Shown: in pieces, positions 46,343 through 55,705 of the stretch | Numbering within the stretch: the stretch's first letter is position 1 | How the letters are laid out: each line of letters starts with the position of its first letter | Virus record (IMG/VR): IMGVR_UViG_3300032397_000005 | Span: 32,001 to 96,000 of that record | Length of the DNA: 64,000 nucleotides | From: a virus | Reading direction: 5' to 3' (one strand) | Notes under the pieces: generated by a model | The model's database searches: none | Told to the model about the DNA's origin: nothing | What the model saw: the letters and a program-made list of their open reading frames with translations, nothing else | Position numbers and translations under genes: made by a program

Positions 46343-46930
46343 GTGCTGTCCACCGCCGGTGTGCGCCCCAAGGTGTCGCTGACCAAGAACCTGATCTCGG
46401 ACCAGACGCTGGCGGGTCTCCACAAGCTACTCAACACCGCCGGTCTGGCGTTCGACGTCGTGGAGGGGCTTGGGACGGGGGCCAGCGCCACCTCGTCGAT
46501 TGTCTTGGTCGGGGTGGGGGGCTTTGCGGACCAGAGGATCGAGGCGGACCTGAAGTGGGTTGCTCCTTCTGACTCCTCAACGCACGACGTCGGGGTGATC
46601 GCGCGCGTCCGAACGGTCCACTCCGGGGCGGAGGTGGACTACCTATGGGCTCGCCTGGACGGGGGCGTGGCGAAGATCTGCAAGGTTATTGCGGGGAGCT
46701 TCACCACGCTGGCCCAGAACGCCTTTGTGGTCCCGGCGGACACGGTGGTAACGGTCTCCCTCTCGTGCGTCTCAGACACCGTCTCCGCGACGTTCACCTG
46801 CGCCGGAGTATCCGGTTCCCCACTCACGCTGGGCACGACCAACAGCGACGTTCCAGCGAGTGGGTTGATGGGGATGAGGTCCTACGGCAGCACCGTTTGG
46901 ATGCGGTCCTTCACGGCGGAGGAGATGTGA
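46343..46930 (+). CDS. putative lectin-like beta-sandwich virion protein
   Basis: GGAGGT RBS before GTG at 46343. Confidence 0.6.
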   Translation: MLSTAGVRPKVSLTKNLISDQTLAGLHKLLNTAGLAFDVVEGLGTGASATSSIVLVGVGGFADQRIEADLKWVAPSDSSTHDVGVIARVRTVHSGAEVDYLWARLDGGVAKICKVIAGSFTTLAQNAFVVPADTVVTVSLSCVSDTVSATFTCAGVSGSPLTLGTTNSDVPASGLMGMRSYGSTVWMRSFTAEEM

Positions 46931-48381
46931 TCGACGCCAGGTCACACCGCTCGGCGCGGAGCAGCGGGATTGTCTGGTACGACTCCGGGAACGGTGTCCT
47001 GCGGAGTCCCATTGACAACGCCTTTGGTCCGCGCAAGTTCAACCCGCACGTGGAGACACTGGGGTTCGACTACGACTGGCATCGAGGGATAGACACCCAG
47101 CTGGAGGAGGGGGAGCAGATCTACGCTCCGTGCGGGGGCGTGCTGACCAGGCTGCACCGGTCCCACTTTGGGTTCGAGAATAACTCCCAGCTCGATTACT
47201 GGGAGGAGGACCAGGACGGCGGGGGCTCCTTCGCCACGTTTGTCCGCAGCGGATCCAACCTGGTGATCACCGGAACGCGGGCCGGGGAGGAGCTGTTCCC
47301 CTTTGTACCTAAGTTCAAGGCGTGGCCGGAGCGGGTGGGGTTGGCGACTAAATTCGAGATGCGGGTGAAGCTCGGCGCGGTGGGGGCGCTGGCCGCCGGG
47401 CAGTTTGGGTTTGCCGTCCTGGATGAGTACTACGGGGAGTTTGTCGGGCTCGAGTGGAACGGGGCGGTGGCCACCGCGTGCGGCCGGGACTCCGACGACT
47501 ACATGACGGAGCACGGGACGACCCTGGCCGTGACCACGGAGACCTGGCTGCGGTTCATGATGTCCTCCGGGACCCTGTACTGGCAGGTGTCCTCCAACGC
47601 CCGCAACTGGAGCACCGTTGCCTCCCAAGCGATGCCCGCCATGACCTCCGCAGTCAAGGACCTGGTACCGATGCTGTACTGGCGGGCAACGGACGTCGAC
47701 ACTCCCCCGGTGGAGATCCTGGTGGACAGCGTGGCGTGGGTCGACGCGGACGGGATCGGGCGGTTCGGAAACTGGCTGTTCCTCATCCACGGCGGGCAGA
47801 GCTCCAAGTTCATGCTGGCCCACTTCCGGGATCTGGCGGTGGAGGTTGGGGAGGTGGTGGAGGCGGGGCAGGCGCTGGGCATTGCGGGCTCGACCGGGTT
47901 CGACGAGCGGTCCGGTCCCATACTGGACACTCACTCCCACGTGGAGTACCTCCCAACGGACTCCGCGCTGTACGACAACGACGAGCCGGTCAACCCGCTC
48001 TCCCCCGGAGTGTTTCCGCGCGCGGACGTGTCGAGCAACGTGACCGTCACGCGGAGCACCGCCAACGACCCGGATGGGGTGACGTCGTGGAAGCTCCGCA
48101 TTCAGGTTGCGCGGGCGGACAGCGACTTCGACCTGAACTCCGTCTCCCTGACGGGGAACACCGCGACCCGGACGATTGACTTCGACACGCGGTCCGGACT
48201 CAACTCGGACTCCGACGTCCCAAAACAGAGCGGTGTCTACATTGTCCCGGATGAGTTCGATGCGGACAGTCCGGAGTTTGTGGTGGACGTCTACTTCAAT
48301 AAGGTGATCTTGGGTTCCACCTTCGTCTCCGCCTACGTGAAGGACACGGAGGGCGTGACTCTGTGGAGTGAAGTGGTATGA
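46927..48381 (+). CDS. M23 family peptidase with an inserted beta-sandwich domain
   Basis: HRGID..YAP..G at the N-terminus; GN....H, AH, V.VG..VEAGQ..G..GSTG and HSHVE about 200 aa later. Confidence 0.8.
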   Translation: MIDARSHRSARSSGIVWYDSGNGVLRSPIDNAFGPRKFNPHVETLGFDYDWHRGIDTQLEEGEQIYAPCGGVLTRLHRSHFGFENNSQLDYWEEDQDGGGSFATFVRSGSNLVITGTRAGEELFPFVPKFKAWPERVGLATKFEMRVKLGAVGALAAGQFGFAVLDEYYGEFVGLEWNGAVATACGRDSDDYMTEHGTTLAVTTETWLRFMMSSGTLYWQVSSNARNWSTVASQAMPAMTSAVKDLVPMLYWRATDVDTPPVEILVDSVAWVDADGIGRFGNWLFLIHGGQSSKFMLAHFRDLAVEVGEVVEAGQALGIAGSTGFDERSGPILDTHSHVEYLPTDSALYDNDEPVNPLSPGVFPRADVSSNVTVTRSTANDPDGVTSWKLRIQVARADSDFDLNSVSLTGNTATRTIDFDTRSGLNSDSDVPKQSGVYIVPDEFDADSPEFVVDVYFNKVILGSTFVSAYVKDTEGVTLWSEVV

Positions 48382-48890
48382 TCCCAATCAAGCAGGTGTC
48401 CGGGGGCGGAGTAGACACCACCGCAATTCACGACAACGTGGACGACGAGATTGTGGCGGTGACGGAGAAGGTGACCCCGGTGGACGCGGACGTCCTCCTG
48501 ATCGAGGACAGCGCGGCGTCGTACGCTAAAAAGCGCGTCCAGATCGGGAACCTACCGGGTGGGGGCGGCGGGATCTCCGAGGCGGACCACAAGATTCTCC
48601 GTCAGCTCATCCACTTCATCGACAACGGTCCGGCGGAGGGGTTTGCCTCCGCTGCATACCGAACCGTGACCGGGACCGTGTTCCCGACCGCGATCATCTG
48701 GTACGATAAGGCAACCGCAGGTAAGGTCAAGATCGTGGAGAAACTGATCTCCTGGACGGGCGTGAACCCCACGACCATTGCGTGGAAGGTCTACGACGCG
48801 GCGGAGGCTCTCATCGCCACCGTGAGTGATGCCGTATCGTACACCGGGGTATTTGAGACATCACGGACCAGGACGATAACTATAGCGTAA
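48378..48890 (+). CDS. putative virion protein
   Basis: coupled ORF. Confidence 0.6.
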   Translation: MIPIKQVSGGGVDTTAIHDNVDDEIVAVTEKVTPVDADVLLIEDSAASYAKKRVQIGNLPGGGGGISEADHKILRQLIHFIDNGPAEGFASAAYRTVTGTVFPTAIIWYDKATAGKVKIVEKLISWTGVNPTTIAWKVYDAAEALIATVSDAVSYTGVFETSRTRTITIA

Positions 48891-48899
48891 GGAGCTGAC

Positions 48900-49262
48900 A
48901 TGGCGGATGGACCGGCAGCAATCCTCCACGACACCAGCGGGAATGAAAAGGGCGTAACAGCCAACCCGGTGACCGTCGTGGTTGTCCCGGCGGCAACGCC
49001 CGCCTGCACCAATGTGTCGGCGGCCGTGGCGGACACCGTTATCCTGGCGGCAAGTTCCACCCGATTGTGGAGCGCCATCTTCAACGACTCCGTGGCCACC
49101 CTCTACCTGAAGCTCGGGACCGGGGCGAGCACGACCTCGTTCACCATCGCCCTCGGGCGGTACGACTACTACGAACCCCCCGCGCACTACACCGGGGCGA
49201 TCAACGGCTACTGGAGCGCGGCCTCGGGGAGCGCGCGGGTCACCTCGCTGTCGATTGCCTGA
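48900..49262 (+). CDS. putative virion protein
   Basis: AAGGAG RBS. Confidence 0.65.
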   Translation: MADGPAAILHDTSGNEKGVTANPVTVVVVPAATPACTNVSAAVADTVILAASSTRLWSAIFNDSVATLYLKLGTGASTTSFTIALGRYDYYEPPAHYTGAINGYWSAASGSARVTSLSIA

Positions 49263-49954
49263 TGCCCCCACGCCGCAACATACTGGAGGGTTGGAGGAAC
49301 CCAGATCACGGCTACGTGCCGCAAGCAGATCGGTCTAGGTTCTACTTCTGGGATGACTTTGACGGGGGGAACTGGGACCAGCGGTGGTGGCGGACGGGCG
49401 GAGGGCCTGGGTACTCCTTCTTCACGATGGACACCATCACGACCGGGATTGCCGGTGTCCTCCGTGGGATCGTCTCGTCCACGGCAACGAGGACCTCCTA
49501 CATCGACCAGAACACGGTCAAGGGCTTCAGCCTGAATAGCGCCGCTGACATCGCGAGGCTCGACCTCACGTGGCGGGTCCAGCTCGTGCTGGTGACCTAC
49601 CTCTCCTTCACGATGAGCTTCTACATTGACGCCACTCACTTTGTGGACATCCAGCTCGACACCGCCGTGGGCGTCAACTGGCTCATTCGTTCCTACAATG
49701 GCGCTTCCAACACCACGACGGACACGGGGGTTGCTCCGGCGGCGGCCACTTGGTACAAGCTCCGGATCACCGGGCTCAAGGACGGGAGTGGGTTTGACTT
49801 CTTTGCGAACGGGGTGCTGTTGGGGACCATCACAACCAACATCCCGACGGGGGAGGCGGGCATCCAGATCCTGGTCACCCGACGGACGGGGGGCTCTGGG
49901 ACGAGGACGTGGTACATGGACTGGGTTCAAGCGACCGGGGCGAGGGTAGCTTAG
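49262..49954 (+). CDS. lectin/ConA-like beta-sandwich protein, paralog 1
   Basis: DDF...TW...DTGV...W..L.I...NG...T.TTNIP...DWV. Confidence 0.65.
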   Translation: MPPRRNILEGWRNPDHGYVPQADRSRFYFWDDFDGGNWDQRWWRTGGGPGYSFFTMDTITTGIAGVLRGIVSSTATRTSYIDQNTVKGFSLNSAADIARLDLTWRVQLVLVTYLSFTMSFYIDATHFVDIQLDTAVGVNWLIRSYNGASNTTTDTGVAPAAATWYKLRITGLKDGSGFDFFANGVLLGTITTNIPTGEAGIQILVTRRTGGSGTRTWYMDWVQATGARVA

Positions 49955-50596
49955 ATGCCCCTCATCCGCAGGCTGCGCCAGCGTCAGGACCTCGACCGGT
50001 TCTACCTGTACGATGACTTCGCAACCTGCATGGACCCGGGCGAGACCCTCCAATACTGGGGTACGGCAAAGTCGGCAAGCTCAACGGTGCTGCCCATATC
50101 CGACGGGTCGTTGGAATTCCACGTGGCCAACGGGGACGCCGCTGGGTTTGCGACCCTCCACAAAATGCACAAGGGTCAGTACTCCGTCGCCAAGCGCGCC
50201 CAGATGAGAGGGCGGTTCAAGCTCAGTCGCGCCACGGACATCAATTGCCAGATCGCGTTCTACGGGACCGCCGCCAACGCCCTTGTGATGCTGACCTATG
50301 ACACCCAGATCAGCGTAGTGGACCCGACCCACTGGATCTTCATCACGGACAACGCCTCCGGCAACGAGAAGCACGACAGTGGGGTTGTGGCGACCCCCAC
50401 CGTCTGGCACGAGTTTGAGATCAAGTGCCTGGCGTCGAACAAAGCGGAGCTGTGGCTCGACGGAGCGTTGATCTGCACGAACACCACGTACATCCCGACC
50501 CAGGTCATGGAGCCGTCGTTCACGGTCAGCACCTACACGACCACGGGACCGTACATGTACTTGGACTGGATAGAGTTGGAAGGGGACAGGCTCTAG
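49955..50596 (+). CDS. lectin/ConA-like beta-sandwich protein, paralog 2
   Basis: DDF...DSGV...WHEF...DG...TT.IP...DWI. Confidence 0.65.
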   Translation: MPLIRRLRQRQDLDRFYLYDDFATCMDPGETLQYWGTAKSASSTVLPISDGSLEFHVANGDAAGFATLHKMHKGQYSVAKRAQMRGRFKLSRATDINCQIAFYGTAANALVMLTYDTQISVVDPTHWIFITDNASGNEKHDSGVVATPTVWHEFEIKCLASNKAELWLDGALICTNTTYIPTQVMEPSFTVSTYTTTGPYMYLDWIELEGDRL

Positions 50597-50597
50597 C

Positions 50598-51206
50598 ATG
50601 CCCCTCCGTAAGTTCGACCCCGCCTCCGCCGTGGGCGGTCACCAGTGGATCACCGATGACTTTGGCGGGGCCCTGTATGATTGCTACATGTGGGGCTTGG
50701 TTGGGGGCTCTGGGTCCATTCCGGTTGTGGCCTCCGCCGTCGGCGGGCTGATCGTGGTCAGAGCGGACGCCAGCAACTACTACGAGCTGGCCGCGCTGTA
50801 CCCGCAGTTCACGGTGGCCAGGAACTTCCAGATCACCTGGCGGGGCAAGCTCGGGTCCCTCACGACCAGCCGGGCGGCTTGGGGGTTGCAGACGGACGTC
50901 AACAACCGGGTCGAGTGGATCTACGAGGCGGCGCTAGGGGCGAACTGGCGATGCCGATCCGTGGCCAGCTCAACGGACACGGTCGTGGCGTCCGCCGTTG
51001 CTGCGGATACCGCCTTCCACGAGTTCACGATGGTGAGCGCCACGGGCTTGGTTCACTTCGCCCTGGACGGCGTTCCCATCACCACCATCACGACCAACCT
51101 CCCAACGGGGGCCCTTGGTCCGTTCATCCGCTCGACCAGCACCGCGGCCGGTACGCGGGACGTGACGGCGGACTGGGTCGAGGCTTTCTGCGACAGGACG
51201 GCATGA
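50598..51206 (+). CDS. lectin/ConA-like beta-sandwich protein, paralog 3
   Basis: DDF...TW...FHEF...DG...TITTNLP...DWV. Confidence 0.65.
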   Translation: MPLRKFDPASAVGGHQWITDDFGGALYDCYMWGLVGGSGSIPVVASAVGGLIVVRADASNYYELAALYPQFTVARNFQITWRGKLGSLTTSRAAWGLQTDVNNRVEWIYEAALGANWRCRSVASSTDTVVASAVAADTAFHEFTMVSATGLVHFALDGVPITTITTNLPTGALGPFIRSTSTAAGTRDVTADWVEAFCDRTA

Positions 51207-51292
51207 CATGGCTCGTAAAGACCCATTGCGGGAACGACCTCGGTCTCGTATGGTACGTTTGAGTGGACACAATACTGATAAGGGGAAAGCTC

Positions 51293-51454
51293 ATGTTATT
51301 ACTACTGATTCTGGTCCTGCTACTCGCACTAGCCGTTATCCTGCTCGGCTCCCCGAGCTGGAAGAACCCGCCGGTGGGCGTGGGAATGGCGCTTGCAGCC
51401 ATCGTGGCTGTGGTCTGCATCTACCAGATGCTGGTCGGGTTTGGGCATAGGTGA
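51293..51454 (+). CDS. small two-TM membrane protein (holin candidate)
   Basis: two hydrophobic segments. Confidence 0.45.
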   Translation: MLLLLILVLLLALAVILLGSPSWKNPPVGVGMALAAIVAVVCIYQMLVGFGHR

Positions 51455-51906
51455 GCGAGAAGTCGCTACGGGAGTTGTTCCTCCACCTACTGAAGTTAAT
51501 GGAGCGGGTTGAGGAACGGTTGGCGATGATGGAGGCCAACTCCACGCTCCTCCACAACGCCATAGCGCGTCACGGGAGGTCGATAGAGGATCTCAACCGA
51601 CGGTGTATCGAGCGGCTCGGGAAGATCTGCCCGATGAACGGACTGGATAACCGGAGTCAGGAAAACGGAGGTAAAACGGTGGGAGCTCCGCTTGTAGAGG
51701 CAATTGGGGACGTGGACGGGGTCAACCGGGACTTCAACACGTCCACCCCGTACGCACCGGGGTCACTCCAGATCTTCCGCAACGGGCGCCTTGTGACGCG
51801 GGACCTGGATGACGGGTACGAAGAGGTGGATCCGGTGAACATGACCTTCCGGATGAAGGTCGCCCCGAAGGGCGGGGACGTTCTCTTTGCGTTCTGGGTG
51901 GAGTGA
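51451..51906 (+). CDS. coiled-coil plus small virion beta domain; internal GTG start at 51679
   Basis: C-terminal half paralogous to 51910. Confidence 0.6.
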   Translation: MSEKSLRELFLHLLKLMERVEERLAMMEANSTLLHNAIARHGRSIEDLNRRCIERLGKICPMNGLDNRSQENGGKTVGAPLVEAIGDVDGVNRDFNTSTPYAPGSLQIFRNGRLVTRDLDDGYEEVDPVNMTFRMKVAPKGGDVLFAFWVE

Positions 51907-51909
51907 GAG

Positions 51910-52293
51910 ATGTCGTACGCTAGGATCACGCAGGCGTTGGGTCCCGTCAACGGGGTCAACCGGGACTTCAACTCTCCAACTCACTTTCGCCCGGGCTCCC
52001 TCGTTTGTTTCCTGAACGGTCAGCAGCTCAAGCGGACGCTAGACAATGGTTGGGAGGAGGTGGACCCAACTCTGGGGATCTTTCGGATGAAGGTTGCTCC
52101 GGTTGGTCCACGGCCGGGCGCGCTGGATGACCCGGGGGACGTGCTCTTTGTCTTCTACGACACCGAGGCCAGCTCGTCCACCGGAGGAGCGGATGGCGGG
52201 ATCCCAAACTTGGTGGCGTTGGACGTGGTAATCCCGCGGATGACGGAGGCGGTGGACCTTCACCCGAACTTAGTCAACGCGGAGGAGATCTGA
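51910..52293 (+). CDS. small virion protein
   Basis: GVNRDFN...PGSL..F.NG...EEVDP...FRMKVAP...GDVL. Confidence 0.65.
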   Translation: MSYARITQALGPVNGVNRDFNSPTHFRPGSLVCFLNGQQLKRTLDNGWEEVDPTLGIFRMKVAPVGPRPGALDDPGDVLFVFYDTEASSSTGGADGGIPNLVALDVVIPRMTEAVDLHPNLVNAEEI

Positions 52294-53276
52294 TGGCAAC
52301 GATCAAGCTGACGATCACGGTGGACAAGCTCACGAACGTCCTGAGTCTGTTTGACCACATCAAGGTCTACAGATCCGTGCTTGAGGCGGGACCGTACGCG
52401 GAGATCACCATCCCGGTGACGCGGATCAACCTTACCGCGGGTCAGGTGGTCTACTACTACGACGACGTGGCGGGGGATCCGGCGTGGTTCTACAAGACGT
52501 CGTACTTCAACTCCATAACGCTGCTTGAGTCATCCCTCTCTGACTCAATTCAGGGGGAGGCGGATCCGCTCTACGTCTCCGTGCAGGACGTCCGGGACGA
52601 GGGGATCTCCGTTGCGACCGCCAGCGACGCTCGCCTCCTGATGCTCATCTGGACCTGGCAGCAGTACGTGGAGCGGGCCTGCCGTCAGTGGTTTGTACCG
52701 CGTCAGATCACCTGGGACTTCGACGGGAACGGAACCACGCTAGCGCAGTTCCCCGTCCCCATCATCTCCGTCTCCGAGCTGCACGTCAACGACGACTTTT
52801 CCTCCGCGATTCCCACCGCGGATTACAAGGTCTACACGGACCGGAGGAACCCGCGCATCAAGCTGGTGACGCGGGAGACGTCGATCTTCGAGGGCGTTGG
52901 TCCGGTAAACTACGAGCGGCTCTCCTTCCTCGTGGGGGAGAAGAACCAGCGGGTCGTCGGTTCCTTTGGTTACGTGGAGGCGGACGGGAGCACGCCATCG
53001 CCCATCCAGTACGCGGTCAGGAAGCTCGTCTGCGGTCACGTGGGGCCAATGGGTGCCTCCGCAATTGGATCCACACCCGCGGGACCGGTGATTGAGGAGG
53101 AGACGGATCGACACCGTCGGAGGTGGGCGGATCCCTACGTGGGGGCCAAGGTGTGGTTCACGACCGGGGACGCGGAGGTGGATCAGATCATTGCCTTCTA
53201 CCGGGCACCCATCTCAATGCGAGCACCGCGGACGATGTTCCGGCGGCTCAACGGTGGGTCCATCTACCCGTACTGA
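52293..53276 (+). CDS. head-tail connector/adaptor protein
   Basis: YVSVQDVR, YVERAC.Q.F, DGNG, PI.SV, FGY and P.PI..A motifs. Confidence 0.7.
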   Translation: MATIKLTITVDKLTNVLSLFDHIKVYRSVLEAGPYAEITIPVTRINLTAGQVVYYYDDVAGDPAWFYKTSYFNSITLLESSLSDSIQGEADPLYVSVQDVRDEGISVATASDARLLMLIWTWQQYVERACRQWFVPRQITWDFDGNGTTLAQFPVPIISVSELHVNDDFSSAIPTADYKVYTDRRNPRIKLVTRETSIFEGVGPVNYERLSFLVGEKNQRVVGSFGYVEADGSTPSPIQYAVRKLVCGHVGPMGASAIGSTPAGPVIEEETDRHRRRWADPYVGAKVWFTTGDAEVDQIIAFYRAPISMRAPRTMFRRLNGGSIYPY

Positions 53277-53285
53277 GGAGGGAAC

Positions 53286-53735
53286 GTGCAGCCAAACTTG
53301 ATCCACCCGATTCCCGTGATCATCCAGCGGATGGAGCGGGCAATCACGGTCCTGGACCCGGTGGCGCGGGAACCGGTCCGGCAGATCTGGCGAAACGACT
53401 CCGGACCGGGAACGGGCGCGTCCATTCAGCTCGTGGCTCAGGTTAACTGGAATGAGGGGACGATTGCGCGACCCACCTTCCGCGCGGGGGGCGTGGAGGA
53501 GGCGTGGCGTGGGTACCTTCTCTTCAGGATCTTCGATCTGGTCCTGGCGGGTGTGGCGACGGAGGTTGCGGACGGGACGGTGGAGGTTGCGCTGGCGCGC
53601 GGGGATCGGGTTGTCCGGATCGGAAGGCGGGAGGTGAACCTGTACCTCCTCTACTTTCGGGACGTGGCCTCCTACACGGATCAGGGTGGGTGCACCCTCC
53701 TCGAGATCCGCTTCGACGACCGAATGGCCGCCTGA
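53286..53735 (+). CDS. head closure / neck protein
   Basis: position; DPV.REP and GDRV motifs. Confidence 0.55.
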   Translation: MQPNLIHPIPVIIQRMERAITVLDPVAREPVRQIWRNDSGPGTGASIQLVAQVNWNEGTIARPTFRAGGVEEAWRGYLLFRIFDLVLAGVATEVADGTVEVALARGDRVVRIGRREVNLYLLYFRDVASYTDQGGCTLLEIRFDDRMAA

Positions 53736-53736
53736 C

Positions 53737-54348
53737 GTGGGTGCCAAGCTGACGTTGAAGGGGGCCTGGAACTCCCTCTTGGACTTCCTAGACCCGACCC
53801 ACCTTCAGGCGCGGCTCCGCGTGGAGCTCAAGCGGAAGATGGCGCAGCAGGTTCAGTTACTCCGCGCGGACGTCATCCGGTACATTGACCAGGAGCGGCA
53901 CGGGATCCCTAACTCACCGCTGACGATCCTGGTCAAGGGGAGCTCCAGACCGCTGGTGGACCGCGGGGACCTCCGTCAGAGCATCAGCGCGTCGGTGGAG
54001 GTTTACGGAGCGAACGTCCGCGGGGCGGTGGGGGTGATGCGGTCCGCGCGCGGGAAGGGCGGGAAGGGGTTGGTCAGCGTGGCGGCGGCGCTCCATGAGG
54101 GGTTCACCATCAAGGTGACGCCCAAGGTGAGGGCGGCGGTCTTTGCGGAGATGCGGAAACGGCGTGGGAAGGTGGGGAAGGGTAAGAAGCGGCGGGGCGC
54201 AACGATCGACACCTCCGGGCTCTCCGGAGCGGGCGCGCGGGTCTGGCACGTTCGTGGCCGTCCGTTCATCCGGCAGCCACTCGATGAGGCAACCCAGCGC
54301 ATTGTCATGGCTCTCGGTGACGGGGTGTCCCTTACCCTCAAGAAGTGA
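53737..54348 (+). CDS. tail completion / virion morphogenesis protein (HK97 gp10 / Mu gpG-like)
   Basis: PLVDRGDLRQSI, HEG and RPFI motifs. Confidence 0.7.
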   Translation: MGAKLTLKGAWNSLLDFLDPTHLQARLRVELKRKMAQQVQLLRADVIRYIDQERHGIPNSPLTILVKGSSRPLVDRGDLRQSISASVEVYGANVRGAVGVMRSARGKGGKGLVSVAAALHEGFTIKVTPKVRAAVFAEMRKRRGKVGKGKKRRGATIDTSGLSGAGARVWHVRGRPFIRQPLDEATQRIVMALGDGVSLTLKK

Positions 54349-55691
54349 CAACGTGCCGCCTCATAACGGAACTCTCCTGGGAACCCGGGCAGGGGTTTGA
54401 CCCAAGATCCGCTACCTCCTTCTCGGATGCTAACATGGTTCGACTTGACCCGACTGACGACCGGGTCAAGCTCAGGCTCCAGCCCGGGTTCATTTTTCCG
54501 TTGGATGTGGATCTCTCCGTCAGAACGCGGGTCGCGCGTCCGGAGGCGGTCCGGCGGCTCCTCCTACTCCAACTCGACGCGGAGGTCCCGGAGGGGACCT
54601 CCGTTGGACTGCGCCTTCACGACGGGACGGGGGAGCTGTGGTGGGACGGCGCGGCCTGGACCACTCCCGCTGCCGGGGAGTGGAACACGGTCGCGGAGGT
54701 GAACGTTCACGTCACCACCTTCCCGGTAACCACAAATCGGGCGTTTGCGGTGGTCCTCAACCTCCTGACGACGGACGAGAAGGTGACCCCCACCGTGAGT
54801 GAGGTCCTGGTCCTGTGGGAGGGGGACGTGGACTGGGTTGCGGACGCCCTCCTCGACTCCTTGACGGCAACCTTCCAGGAGGACGCCACGTTCACCGCGG
54901 ATCTGGCGCTCCCTCCGCTCCCGACAACGGTCACGTCCATTGACCTCGACGCCTACCGAGACGAGGCGGAGCTCACCTTCGCGGGGGCGGAGGCGGTCTA
55001 CGACCACGCGGCGGATCCGGAGCACCTGATCAACCTCCTCTCCTCCTATAACCCGACCACGCGCGTCCTCACGCTCACCGCACCGGGTATCCTGGCAACG
55101 GGCGTGCCGTTCCTCAGAATGCGGGCGCGTGCTCAGGTGGCCTGGGACACGAATCAGGACTGGGCGGAGGTTGGGAAGTTGCCCCAGGTGGTGCTTAGGG
55201 ACGCGGAGACGCTCATCTCATCTTCGTACCCAATGTCGGCCGCTAGGGGTATCATTCGAGAGGATACGGGGGCGGGTGTCCTCATTCCGCCCCCAATGAG
55301 GACAACTTACCGAATCACGATGGAAGTGCGGATCAACCGGAGCAGGGAGCAGGCGCGGCTCCTCGAGAGTTTGACGCGGCTCCTGACCGTCGGCCCCACC
55401 GGGGAGGTTGGGCCGTTCCTGAGGGTTCGGTCCACGGACGAGCGTTACCGGATATGGCTCGTGAGTCAGTTCAACGCAATGTCTCCAGGACTTGAGGACG
55501 GAGACGTGCGTTCCTTCCAGATGGACTTCAGGATCGAGGACGTTCGGGCGCACCTGAGACCGGCCGAGGATCGTCCATCTGTCCAACGGCTCAAAATGAA
55601 CTGGGCGCAGACATCCTCGGAGGCCGAACAGGACGCGCTGCTGCGCGGTTCACCGGTCCCGAGTACGGCGCCGGAGACCTACGAAACGTAG
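54345..55691 (+). CDS. putative tail terminator / neck protein
   Basis: position immediately before the sheath. Confidence 0.5.
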   Translation: MTTCRLITELSWEPGQGFDPRSATSFSDANMVRLDPTDDRVKLRLQPGFIFPLDVDLSVRTRVARPEAVRRLLLLQLDAEVPEGTSVGLRLHDGTGELWWDGAAWTTPAAGEWNTVAEVNVHVTTFPVTTNRAFAVVLNLLTTDEKVTPTVSEVLVLWEGDVDWVADALLDSLTATFQEDATFTADLALPPLPTTVTSIDLDAYRDEAELTFAGAEAVYDHAADPEHLINLLSSYNPTTRVLTLTAPGILATGVPFLRMRARAQVAWDTNQDWAEVGKLPQVVLRDAETLISSSYPMSAARGIIREDTGAGVLIPPPMRTTYRITMEVRINRSREQARLLESLTRLLTVGPTGEVGPFLRVRSTDERYRIWLVSQFNAMSPGLEDGDVRSFQMDFRIEDVRAHLRPAEDRPSVQRLKMNWAQTSSEAEQDALLRGSPVPSTAPETYET

Positions 55692-55705
55692 ATAGGAGGA
55701 CATCA

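Noticed and set aside
49262-51206. Diversity-generating retroelement
   Set aside because: No reverse transcriptase and no near-identical TR/VR pair differing at adenines seen in this window.
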